Under the pieces are notes generated by a model that did not search any database, was not told where the DNA came from, and saw only the letters and a list, made by a program, of their open reading frames with translations. Below are positions 28,412 to 37,296 of a stretch of 64,000 nucleotides of DNA, piece by piece. Source of the DNA: Fidelibacterota bacterium. Lineage in GTDB: Bacteria; Fidelibacterota; Marinisomatia; SCGC-AAA003-L08; JACNLC01. The stretch covers positions 21,260-85,259 of the forward strand of contig JACNLC010000040.1 in NCBI GenBank assembly GCA_014381725.1, given 5' to 3'. The position numbers were made by a program, and so were the translations under genes. Positions within the stretch are counted from its first letter, which is position 1. The number at the start of each line of letters is the position of its first letter.

Positions 28412-30292
28412 TTATTTTTTTTCTCCATAGTCTGATAGTTTTAGAGATATTTCATTCGTTCCTTCATATTCTATTGATGGGAAATGTGGAGGAGGTGCGC
28501 ATGATAAATTCCTGTCATAATGATAATCTTTATCCATTCCTATACCAGGAAAAATATCATAAGGTCCTGGTAGATTTCTTTCCATAAATCCTCTATATCT
28601 TTGAACAACGCCACCCCACAATATTATATTACCACGAATATCACTTTGGTTTGTATATCCTCCAAAAATAGAAGGACCTCGTCCATCTCCATGGGGTGGA
28701 TCGTAGAAATTTGAGGTGTTTTGCCAATATTGAATTACAAAAGACTCATTAAAAGCACAAAGATCTGCATGAATTACAATATCTTGATTACTTCCATAAC
28801 TATCCCTTGCACCATTTGCCCAAGTATTTGCAATAATCACATTTGCACCAGATACTAAACCCATTATATTATCGCTTCCACCTTCGCACCGCTGTTGTGG
28901 TTGTGGTACGGTATTACCAATTGCATCTGCATTTTTTAGATTATCTGTTAACCATATATTACACCAGGTTGTATCAACAGGAGGAGGTCCATAAAAACCA
29001 CCAGGCCAACCGTGCCTTCTATAAGTCATAAACTCATCTGTAACTATTGTATATCTTCCCTTAAAAGTTCCATGAACTCTGACTTGCCCACCTTTTACAT
29101 AAATTACAACAGGTCTATTTGTATGCCGTGTTTCATCGAGTAACAATGCATCTTGATCAGGTTGACCAGTATGTTTATTAATTGGTTCAAAATCACAGTG
29201 AGCAAACCCATGCGGACCACAAATTGTAGATTCCATGAATTGATCATTCCCACTATTATCAACCCACTTTGCATGATATGATTGCAGTGAATCCTCATAA
29301 GAAGGACACTCCCTCAAATCAGCTCCATTCAATGTACAAGCCTCGAGGTCTCTCGGGCGTGGTAATGGATTAGCAGTGTAATCATAATTCCATTTTAAAT
29401 GTGGTGGTTTAAGATACCACCATTGTTTTACACGAAACTCTCCAGATTCAATAAATTCTATGTCAGTCATAATTAAAGTATCACGAGATGCAGCTCCTGA
29501 ACCATATTTTAATAATCTTTTTGCATCATAAGTATAATCTGAGGCGTTGATAAGTTCTCTATAACCAACTGGAGGTAATTTGACTTTTGGCCTACTAAGC
29601 GTATCAGGATTTCCTTGAAAAACACTATTAAAATTATGTCCGTTAAGTTCTATTGTTTGACCATAAGTAATATAGACTGTGCTTGTAAATACCGGAGGTG
29701 GATAATAAGTGCTTAACACCATTGTCCCATTTGATTGTATATTTCCTCCACCAAGGTCATCACCAGCTCCAAATGTTACATCTCTTCTTTCAGAACCTGA
29801 ACCATCATAAACAAAAGGAGCACCTCCTGCTTGTTCATCATCAGTCAAATACATATATTCTGCTAAACTTTCTCTTGAAAAAGCCATTTCGACTGTTCTA
29901 GTTATTTCTTTTGTTTGACCATCCAATGTGTGTATTATCGCAACTCCTTCAACCGAACCATAGCGTAAATCTCTATAAGTTAATGAATCTGTTTTAATAC
30001 CAAGTTCAACATCCCTATAAAATCCCATGTTTTCGATTTCTTCACCTTCTAATACAACATAATTAGATTCAGAATCTGCAAAAAGATCAGCTTTTACTAG
30101 ATTCCTATAAACTTTTTCAGCTAAACCTGTTTCGGCATTGTATAATGCTTTTGTTTCGGCTATTCGATAATTTAGCTTGTAGCGTTTATGACTTACCCAT
30201 TTAAAATAAGCAAAAACTAATCCTATACCAACAATTGCAAAAATTATTGTAATTGGTAAAATGCTTCCCTTTAGTTTGTTAACAAATATCAT
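28412..30292 (-). CDS. 626-aa PilX_N-anchored protein, possible pilus-tip/adhesin component (unknown globular domain)
   Basis: N-terminal hydrophobic anchor LPITIIFAIVGIGLVFAYF followed by ...ALYNAETGLAEKV, resembling the PilX N-terminal domain. The remainder is W/Y/G/P/C-rich with no motif I recognise. 4-nt overlap with the upstream minor pilin gene. Confidence 0.55.
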   Translation of the reverse strand: MIFVNKLKGSILPITIIFAIVGIGLVFAYFKWVSHKRYKLNYRIAETKALYNAETGLAEKVYRNLVKADLFADSESNYVVLEGEEIENMGFYRDVELGIKTDSLTYRDLRYGSVEGVAIIHTLDGQTKEITRTVEMAFSRESLAEYMYLTDDEQAGGAPFVYDGSGSERRDVTFGAGDDLGGGNIQSNGTMVLSTYYPPPVFTSTVYITYGQTIELNGHNFNSVFQGNPDTLSRPKVKLPPVGYRELINASDYTYDAKRLLKYGSGAASRDTLIMTDIEFIESGEFRVKQWWYLKPPHLKWNYDYTANPLPRPRDLEACTLNGADLRECPSYEDSLQSYHAKWVDNSGNDQFMESTICGPHGFAHCDFEPINKHTGQPDQDALLLDETRHTNRPVVIYVKGGQVRVHGTFKGRYTIVTDEFMTYRRHGWPGGFYGPPPVDTTWCNIWLTDNLKNADAIGNTVPQPQQRCEGGSDNIMGLVSGANVIIANTWANGARDSYGSNQDIVIHADLCAFNESFVIQYWQNTSNFYDPPHGDGRGPSIFGGYTNQSDIRGNIILWGGVVQRYRGFMERNLPGPYDIFPGIGMDKDYHYDRNLSCAPPPHFPSIEYEGTNEISLKLSDYGEKK

Positions 30293-30840
30293 AGTTTATT
30301 CGAAATATAAAATCGAGGGGTGAATACCTCTTTCTTAAAATTGTAAATTCGTCCATCTTCATTATTTTGAATTGATATTTCAATTTTGAAAATAGATTGA
30401 ATCAATTCCATAAATCCAGATGAGTGATTACCTACACCCGGAGATATATGGTCACACCAAAAATCCAACAAAGTCATAGAATTTTCTTTTTCCTGCTCAA
30501 AAGAAAATCTTAAAATTGGTTTATCATCAATTAAAATACCTTCATTGTTATTCGCTGAAATGATAACATTTGTATCATTTTTCTTTAGTGTTATCCGTCT
30601 AAAATTATCTTCAGTTGAAAGAGTGATATCATTAGTATATTTCAGTTGTTCGGTAATTTCATCCAATGCAACATTACCATAGTGAATAATTCTCTCTCTG
30701 TTAAATTCTTGCTCAAAATTGCGAGATACTTCAGAAAAAATATATCCCATTCCAAGCATAACTGTAGATGAAATTGCGATTGCAATCAAACCCTCAACTA
30801 AAGTCATTCCTTTAAATTGCTTATTAAGAATATTCATCAT
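30289..30840 (-). CDS. minor (pseudo)pilin with prepilin cleavage/methylation motif
   Basis: 183 aa; NKQFKG|MTLVEGLIAIAISS (Gly-1, Glu+5). Confidence 0.75.
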   Translation of the reverse strand: MMNILNKQFKGMTLVEGLIAIAISSTVMLGMGYIFSEVSRNFEQEFNRERIIHYGNVALDEITEQLKYTNDITLSTEDNFRRITLKKNDTNVIISANNNEGILIDDKPILRFSFEQEKENSMTLLDFWCDHISPGVGNHSSGFMELIQSIFKIEISIQNNEDGRIYNFKKEVFTPRFYISNKL

Positions 30841-31283
30841 TACAAATTATATTCAATTTGTTTTACAAAAAATTCCATTGATTTATCTATGGATTCACCA
30901 AACGATTTATCTACCCATGATATTTTCGTGGATAGAATAAAATGTTTAGCAGCCGTAGAGCCATGATGTCCTGGGGTTATATTCCTTCGAGACAAATGAC
31001 CAACTACATGGTTGTTATCAGATCTTTCAAATAATACTACTTCTTCAAGCGTATTAGCACTATTTGACATTCCAACTTGATTTGAGGCAATCCTAGCTTT
31101 CCAATATTCAGTATAATCACGCAGAGCATCATAAGCTTTTTCCTCAAGGTGAATTGATGTTAGTTGGGCTTTTGCCTTTGTAACACCGGTCATGATAGCT
31201 ATGGATGCTGCTGCAATAATAATTACACTTACAAGAATTTCAACTAGAGTAAATCCTTGTTTGATTTTGAAAGTTTTAATCAA
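30840..31283 (-). CDS. minor (pseudo)pilin with prepilin cleavage/methylation motif
   Basis: 147 aa; KIKQG|FTLVEILVSVIIIAAAS. Confidence 0.75.
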   Translation of the reverse strand: MIKTFKIKQGFTLVEILVSVIIIAAASIAIMTGVTKAKAQLTSIHLEEKAYDALRDYTEYWKARIASNQVGMSNSANTLEEVVLFERSDNNHVVGHLSRRNITPGHHGSTAAKHFILSTKISWVDKSFGESIDKSMEFFVKQIEYNL

Positions 31284-32335
31284 AATACACCTTTTTCAAA
31301 ATTATCTGGATTTTCTGCAATTTGGATTACTTCCATTCGATCCACTTTCCCTTGAAGAAGCAAACGATGTAAGTCTTGATCTAGAGTCTGCATTCCCTCG
31401 GTTCCACCAGCTTGGAGAAGTGATGGTAATTGATAAATTTTATCCTCTCTTATCAGATTACGAACTGCTGAATTTGCAGACAAAACCTCGCAAGCAGGAA
31501 TCCTACCCTTGCCATCTTTTGTAGGTAGGAGTCTTTGTGCAATAATTGCTTCAAGACTTTCGGATAACATCGAGCGAATCTGTCCTTTTTGAGATGCAGG
31601 AAAAACATCGATAATTCTGTCAATTGTTTTTCCTGCACTATTAGTATGCAAAGTTGACAATACCAAATGTCCTGTTTCTGCTGCAGTTAAAGCTAACTGA
31701 ATTGTTTCCAAATCACGCATTTCTCCAACAAGAATTACATCTGGATCTTCTCTGAGTGCAGATCTTAACGCATTAGCGAAACTGTGAGTTGACGCTCCTA
31801 ATTCTCTCTGATTGATCAAACAGTTTTTTGAAGTATGATAATATTCAACTGGATCCTCAATTGTAATTATATGGCAATTGCGATTGTCGTTGATATAATC
31901 TATCATAGCAGCAAGAGTAGTCGATTTACCACTACCTGTAGGACCTGTTAACAAAATCAAGCCCATATCTTTCATAGCCAGTTGATTAATAATCGGCGGA
32001 AGACACAGCTCATCTGAAGATTTTATCTCAGACGGAATAGTACGAAATACAGCAGCAAGTCCATTAATTTGGTTAAAGAAATTTACTCTGAAACGACCAT
32101 GACCTTCTAAAGATGCTGAAAAGTCAATTTCAAGTTTTTTATCGAATATTTCTCGTTGCTTTGGACTGGTTACTTCACCCAAAATATGACGCAATATTTC
32201 GTCATTCATAACTTCCATTCTGAGTTTTTTCATTTCTCCATTTATACGAATCATCGGGATGCTTCCTGTACTTAAATGGAGATCAGATGCACCACTATCT
32301 AAAGAATATTTCAGTAATTCATCAACAGAGATCAT
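31280..32335 (-). CDS. pilT: twitching-motility retraction ATPase
   Basis: 351 aa. Lacks the GspE N-domain. Walker A GPTGSGKST, GHLVLSTLHTNSA. PilT-typical length. Confidence 0.9.
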   Translation of the reverse strand: MISVDELLKYSLDSGASDLHLSTGSIPMIRINGEMKKLRMEVMNDEILRHILGEVTSPKQREIFDKKLEIDFSASLEGHGRFRVNFFNQINGLAAVFRTIPSEIKSSDELCLPPIINQLAMKDMGLILLTGPTGSGKSTTLAAMIDYINDNRNCHIITIEDPVEYYHTSKNCLINQRELGASTHSFANALRSALREDPDVILVGEMRDLETIQLALTAAETGHLVLSTLHTNSAGKTIDRIIDVFPASQKGQIRSMLSESLEAIIAQRLLPTKDGKGRIPACEVLSANSAVRNLIREDKIYQLPSLLQAGGTEGMQTLDQDLHRLLLQGKVDRMEVIQIAENPDNFEKGVF

Positions 32336-32336
32336 A

Positions 32337-32768
32337 TTATTTTTCTTTCTGACCGTAACCCTTATACTTTCCTCGTTCTAGAAAATATGTCAAGACTTTC
32401 CCTTCACCGGCCTGCATATCTGGGAGACTTGTAGCAGTAATTGTACCAATCAAACCTTCACGAGGATCTTCTGATAATGCTAAAGTGAAATCCCATTTTG
32501 AAAGTATTGATCTCTTTAAACCAAGCAATCCTTCTTCAGTAAGAACTTCAACATCAGAAGCAATTTTATGGCTCTCTTGATAGTAAATCTCAGATGCTTC
32601 CAAAATAGCTTGTACAGTTACTTTTGCATCTGATGAATAACCTCTCTCAACATATTTTAGGTATGTAGGAATAGCAATTGCAGCAAGTGCTCCAAGTATA
32701 ACAACTACAATCAATACTTCTACTAAAGTAAAACCTGATTCCATTTTCTTTTTTAACTTTACTAACAT
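32337..32768 (-). CDS. pilA: type IVa major pilin
   Basis: 143 aa; ...MESG|FTLVEVLIVVVILGALAAIAIP. The internal ATG at 32744 would give a short MESG leader. AGGAGAAAA SD lies upstream of 32768. Confidence 0.85.
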   Translation of the reverse strand: MLVKLKKKMESGFTLVEVLIVVVILGALAAIAIPTYLKYVERGYSSDAKVTVQAILEASEIYYQESHKIASDVEVLTEEGLLGLKRSILSKWDFTLALSEDPREGLIGTITATSLPDMQAGEGKVLTYFLERGKYKGYGQKEK

Positions 32769-33092
32769 TTGGATTTTCTCCTTTTTTGTGATATTTTACT
32801 AAAAGTTATCCAGTAAGTTTAAGATATATTCTGCATAACCATAAAGAAATAATTTGTAACAAAATGTTGCGAAAACAAAACATATTTTACTAAATGAAAT
32901 AATATAATAATACTTACTAAAATTTCTCGTATTACTCTTGAATTATACTTTAGTTTGTTTTTACGATTTAACTTTATTTTGATAAAATATCTCTTCATAA
33001 TTAGGATATTTTTGCTTTCCCAATTGCTTTCAGATGTTAAATTTAGCCGTTATCTAAAATAGAAATATTCTGAATAATCGAAGGAGTTTATT

Positions 33093-33266
33093 ATGAAAAA
33101 AACAAAAACAATAGATTATATTTTAGGGATTATCACAGGAATGTCAATTATGTTGGCAATTTGGGCATGCACTTCAAATCCTCTAAACGCAAGTTACTCG
33201 TCAGTTCAAGAAGTGAAAGTCGTGAATGCTTCTTGGGAACCAGTGAAGGTTGAAATTGTAGAATAA
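33093..33266 (+). CDS. 57-aa putative small lipoprotein (below the ORF-track cutoff)
   Basis: Translated by hand: MKKTKTIDYILGIITGMSIMLAIWACTSNPLNASYSSVQEVKVVNASWEPVKVEIVE*. GAAGGAG SD lies 7 nt upstream. Signal-like helix ending AIWAC. Confidence 0.45.
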   Translation: MKKTKTIDYILGIITGMSIMLAIWACTSNPLNASYSSVQEVKVVNASWEPVKVEIVE

Positions 33267-33330
33267 TCTCTGTTTTATTGTATCCGATTTGATGTAAACT
33301 TACAATTCATTTTGTTTAGGAAAATCATAA

Positions 33331-34137
33331 ATGGCAACTTACAAAATTGGATATTATCAATTTAAACCGATATTCGGGAAATTTGAAGAAAATCTTCAAA
33401 ATGTACTTACTGCTTTGCAAAATATTGAAGCGGATTTAATCGTACTTCCAGAACTACCATTTACGGGATATTCTTTCAAAGATAGAAATGAGTTGGAATC
33501 TATGTCAGAAGATCCTCAAAATTCTCAAATTATCGAAGAATTAACTAAACTTTGCGATAAACAAAATTTTCATCTCGTTACAGGATTTGCAGAAAATAAT
33601 GATGACAAATGTTTCAACAGTGCGTTGTTAATTGGAGCAGATGGAATTTTGCAAACCTATAGAAAACTACATTTGTTTAACGAAGAAAAATACTGGTTTG
33701 ATGCAGGAAATCTACCTTTAACAGTTACAAATATCAACGGTATGAAAATTGGAATGATGATTTGTTTCGACTATATTTTTCCGGAAGTTTCAAGAACTCT
33801 GACCTTATTAGGAGCTGATATAATTTGTCATCCATCCAATCTCGTGTTGGACTACTGCCAAAAAGCAATGGTTACACGATGTCTGGAAAACAATATCTTT
33901 ACAATTACCACCAACAGAATCGGGGAAGAAATTAGACCACACGGATCTGTGAAATTTACAGGGAAAAGCCAAATTACCGCTCCCAAAGGAAAAATCATAC
34001 ATCAAGCAGAAGTGCAACAAGCGAATCTAAGAATTGTTGAAATTGACATTGCCGATGCCAGAGATAAAATGATTACCAATACAAACCACGCTTTAGAAGA
34101 TCGTCGTCCGGAGTTTTACAAAAATAAATTAAAATGA
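33331..34137 (+). CDS. carbon-nitrogen hydrolase (nitrilase superfamily)
   Basis: 268 aa. E-K-C triad contexts LPELPFTGY, YRKLHLF, MMICFDYIFPE. Confidence 0.85.
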   Translation: MATYKIGYYQFKPIFGKFEENLQNVLTALQNIEADLIVLPELPFTGYSFKDRNELESMSEDPQNSQIIEELTKLCDKQNFHLVTGFAENNDDKCFNSALLIGADGILQTYRKLHLFNEEKYWFDAGNLPLTVTNINGMKIGMMICFDYIFPEVSRTLTLLGADIICHPSNLVLDYCQKAMVTRCLENNIFTITTNRIGEEIRPHGSVKFTGKSQITAPKGKIIHQAEVQQANLRIVEIDIADARDKMITNTNHALEDRRPEFYKNKLK

Positions 34138-34781
34138 AAGAACATCAAATGGAAAAATTTAAATTATATCGCTGGGCAATCACTCTGGCAATTATCACGG
34201 TTTTTTATAATGTTTTTGAGGGACTAGTATCCATTTATTTCGGTATGGATGACGAGACTCTATCACTTTTTGGATTTGGAGTAGATTCGTTTGTTGAAGT
34301 CATTTCTGGAATTGGAATTTGGCATATGGTAATCCGCCTAAAAAGAAATGGTGAAGAACAGAGAGATGGTTTTGAGAGAACGGCACTCAGAATTACTGGA
34401 TCTGTATTTTATCTCTTGGTTGCAACTTTAGTGATTTCATCTGTTTGGAATTTAATAACTCATCATCAACCAGAAACTACTTTTTGGGGAATTGTAATAT
34501 CCAGCATTTCCATTTTTACAATGTGGTTACTAATCCATTACAAAAAACAAATTGGTGGAAAACTAAACTCCCAAGCAATTATTGCAGATGCGAATTGTAC
34601 TAAAACTTGCATGTATTTATCTATCACGCTTCTAATAGCAAGTACAGGTTACGAGTTAACAGGTTTCGGTGGAATTGATGCAATTGGCTCACTAATAATT
34701 GCAGGGTTTGCTTTTAAAGAGGGTAAAGAATCCTTCGACAAATCAAACGATTTATCATGCTCTTGTTGTTCGTGTGATTGA
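34134..34781 (+). CDS. cation-diffusion-facilitator-like membrane protein (TM domain only, Cys-rich tail)
   Basis: 215 aa with six hydrophobic segments. GFGVDSFVEVISG and IIADANCTKTC resemble CDF TM2/TM5 metal-site motifs. C-terminus LSCSCCSCD. Confidence 0.5.
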   Translation: MKEHQMEKFKLYRWAITLAIITVFYNVFEGLVSIYFGMDDETLSLFGFGVDSFVEVISGIGIWHMVIRLKRNGEEQRDGFERTALRITGSVFYLLVATLVISSVWNLITHHQPETTFWGIVISSISIFTMWLLIHYKKQIGGKLNSQAIIADANCTKTCMYLSITLLIASTGYELTGFGGIDAIGSLIIAGFAFKEGKESFDKSNDLSCSCCSCD

Positions 34782-34887
34782 TACAAATAAATATTAAATT
34801 TGACATTTATCATTTTCTTTTGTATTATAGAGGGTCGAATGGAATGCAATAATTGTAAATCACTTAGACAACAGAAAGGAAATTATT

Positions 34888-35472
34888 ATGGATAAACAGA
34901 CAAAACTTAGAGATGGAACAAGTGTCTTAATTCGTCCATTAACTAAAGAGGATGTAGATAATTCTTTTTCTTTTTTTCAAACACTTTCTCAAAATGATAG
35001 AAACTATCTCCGAGCAGATGTAACTCAAAAACGAATAATTGAACGACGAATAAAAGCTATGGAAAACGGGAATATCTATAGATTCATTGCTATCATAAAC
35101 GGCGAAATAGTTGCAGATGGATCGTTAGAACTTGAAGAAAACGGATGGAAAGAACATGTCGGAGAACTGCGTCTCATCGTCTCCCCCGCATATCAAAGAA
35201 TGGGATTGGGTATGCTTATGGCTCACGAATTATATATCAAAGCAGTTTACGAAAAAGTTGATGAAATTATAGTAAAAATTATGAAACCTCAAAACTCTGC
35301 ATTACGAATCTTCCAAAGAATGGGATTTAAAGAACACGCTACTTTCCCAGATTATGTTAAAGATGTGGATGGAAATAAGCACGACTTAATTGTAATGCGA
35401 TGCGACCTGCAAATATTGTGGGATGAACTCGAAAATTACTTTGAAGATTCTGATTGGCAACGAGCAAGATAG
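34888..35472 (+). CDS. GNAT family N-acetyltransferase
   Basis: 194 aa; acetyl-CoA motif A YQRMGLGMLM. Confidence 0.8.
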   Translation: MDKQTKLRDGTSVLIRPLTKEDVDNSFSFFQTLSQNDRNYLRADVTQKRIIERRIKAMENGNIYRFIAIINGEIVADGSLELEENGWKEHVGELRLIVSPAYQRMGLGMLMAHELYIKAVYEKVDEIIVKIMKPQNSALRIFQRMGFKEHATFPDYVKDVDGNKHDLIVMRCDLQILWDELENYFEDSDWQRAR

Positions 35473-36059
35473 CAAATTCAATGATTCAAGAACTGATTAG
35501 ACGAAACCGAAGTTATCGTCGTTTTTATCAAGATTTCAAAATTGAGCACGAAACTTTGACCGAGCTAGTTAATTGTGCAAGATTATCTGCTTCCGCAAAG
35601 AATTTCCAACCGCTGAAGTATATTCTTGCTTGTGATTCCAAGCATAATGATTTGATTTTCCCAAATTTGGCTTGGGCTGGTTTTCTTAAAGATTGTGTCG
35701 GTCCTAAAGTTGGTGAACACCCCTCAGGGTATATAATCATTCTATCGGATAATAAAATACAGAGTCACCGGGTAAATTGTGATTTGGGAATCGCTTGCCA
35801 AAGTATTTTGCTGGGAGCAACCGAAAAGGGATTTGGTGGATGTATAATCGCGGCTGTAAATAAAACTGAATTGCGTAAATCACTCAACATTTCTGATGAA
35901 TATGAAATACAATTAGTCATTGCAATAGGAAAACCAAAAGAAACAATTGTTATTGATGAAATAGACAACGAAGAAAGCACAAAATATTGGCGCGAAGATG
36001 ATGGAACGCATCATGTTCCCAAGCGTAAATTAGAAGACATTATTTTGGAACTGAAATGA
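35454..36059 (+). CDS. nitroreductase family protein
   Basis: 201 aa; RNRSYRRF N-terminal motif. The likely true start is the ATG at 35481 (MIQELIRRN), which removes the overlap with the GNAT gene. Confidence 0.8.
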   Translation: MATSKIANSMIQELIRRNRSYRRFYQDFKIEHETLTELVNCARLSASAKNFQPLKYILACDSKHNDLIFPNLAWAGFLKDCVGPKVGEHPSGYIIILSDNKIQSHRVNCDLGIACQSILLGATEKGFGGCIIAAVNKTELRKSLNISDEYEIQLVIAIGKPKETIVIDEIDNEESTKYWREDDGTHHVPKRKLEDIILELK

Positions 36060-36823
36060 CTAAGTTAATCTTACTATCAAACGATGACGGTATTTGGGCT
36101 GGTGGTTTAAAAGCTTTATACGATGGAGTAAAAGATTTGGGCGATGTTTGGGTGGTCGCTCCCGACACTGAACGAAGTGCAACAGGACATGCAATAACTC
36201 TTTCTACTCCAATTCGAGTAAAAGAAATTGATTTTCACAATAAAGGAATCACAGGTTATGCTTGCTCAGGAACTCCAGCAGATTGTGTAAAAATAGCAGT
36301 TGATGCAATACTTCCACGAAAACCTGATATTTTAATTTCTGGGATTAATCACGGAGCAAATCTAGGAGTGAATGTGCTTTATTCCGGAACTGTATCTGCG
36401 GCAACGGAAGGAATGTTATTAAATGTTCCATCAATTGCAGTTTCACTTGCAACATTTAAAAAAGCAGATTACTCTTATGCTCAAAAATTATCTGCTATAA
36501 TTGCTGAAAATGTAATTAAAAACGGGCTCCCCGGTGAAACTCTACTGAATGTAAACATCCCTCCTGTGCCCGAAGATAAAATTGCCGGTATCAAAATTAC
36601 TAAACACGGCCGTTCTACTTTTAAAGAACATTTTGACAGAAGAGTTGATCCGAGAAATCGAGTATATTATTGGTTAAGTGGAACAGAAGCGGAAATTCAA
36701 GAAGACTCTGATAGAGATGGAGAAGTAATAAAACAAAATTTCGTTTCAGTTACTCCAATCCACTACAATCTGACTGATGAAAGTAATTTTGATAAAATCG
36801 GGAAGTGGAGTTTGTTTAACTGA
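36056..36823 (+). CDS. surE: 5'/3'-nucleotidase SurE
   Basis: 255 aa; LLSNDDG, GINHGANLG, YSGTVSAATEG. Confidence 0.92.
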   Translation: MTKLILLSNDDGIWAGGLKALYDGVKDLGDVWVVAPDTERSATGHAITLSTPIRVKEIDFHNKGITGYACSGTPADCVKIAVDAILPRKPDILISGINHGANLGVNVLYSGTVSAATEGMLLNVPSIAVSLATFKKADYSYAQKLSAIIAENVIKNGLPGETLLNVNIPPVPEDKIAGIKITKHGRSTFKEHFDRRVDPRNRVYYWLSGTEAEIQEDSDRDGEVIKQNFVSVTPIHYNLTDESNFDKIGKWSLFN

Positions 36824-36832
36824 ATTTAAACT

Positions 36833-37264
36833 ATGAGTGATATTGTTATTTTTTCACATCTGATTATTCCGGAATCGGAAATCAAATTTTCCGCATCAAG
36901 AAGCAGTAAACCCGGTGGACAAAATGTAAATAAAGTATCCACTAGAATCACACTTTACTTTGATATTAATAATGCATATTCATTGGATGATTACCAAAGG
37001 GACAAAATTTTATCTAAACTTCACACAAGAATAAACAAAGATGGAATTTTACGAGTAAGCTCGCAGAAATATCGAACTCAAAAAGCAAACAAAATTGCAT
37101 CAATCGAACGATTTATTGAACTAATCCAAAATGCATTAAAGGAAACTCCACGACGAAAACCAACGACAATCCCAAAATCTCAAAAGAAAAAGCGTTTGGA
37201 AGATAAAAAACACAGAAGTATCACCAAAAAACTCCGATCAAAGGAAATTTCATTGGACGAGTAG
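36833..37264 (+). CDS. arfB: alternative ribosome-rescue factor ArfB (class I RF-like peptidyl-tRNA hydrolase)
   Basis: 143 aa; GGQNVNKVST motif plus basic C-terminal tail. Confidence 0.88.
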   Translation: MSDIVIFSHLIIPESEIKFSASRSSKPGGQNVNKVSTRITLYFDINNAYSLDDYQRDKILSKLHTRINKDGILRVSSQKYRTQKANKIASIERFIELIQNALKETPRRKPTTIPKSQKKKRLEDKKHRSITKKLRSKEISLDE

Positions 37265-37296
37265 TTCAAAAATATATCACAGAATTTTCTCTAAGA

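Noticed and set aside
32769-33092. Sigma-54 (-24 TGGCAC / -12 TTGC) promoter upstream of pilA
   Set aside because: I scanned both the exact consensus and GG-N10-GC spacing on the minus strand and found no convincing match. No promoter call is made.
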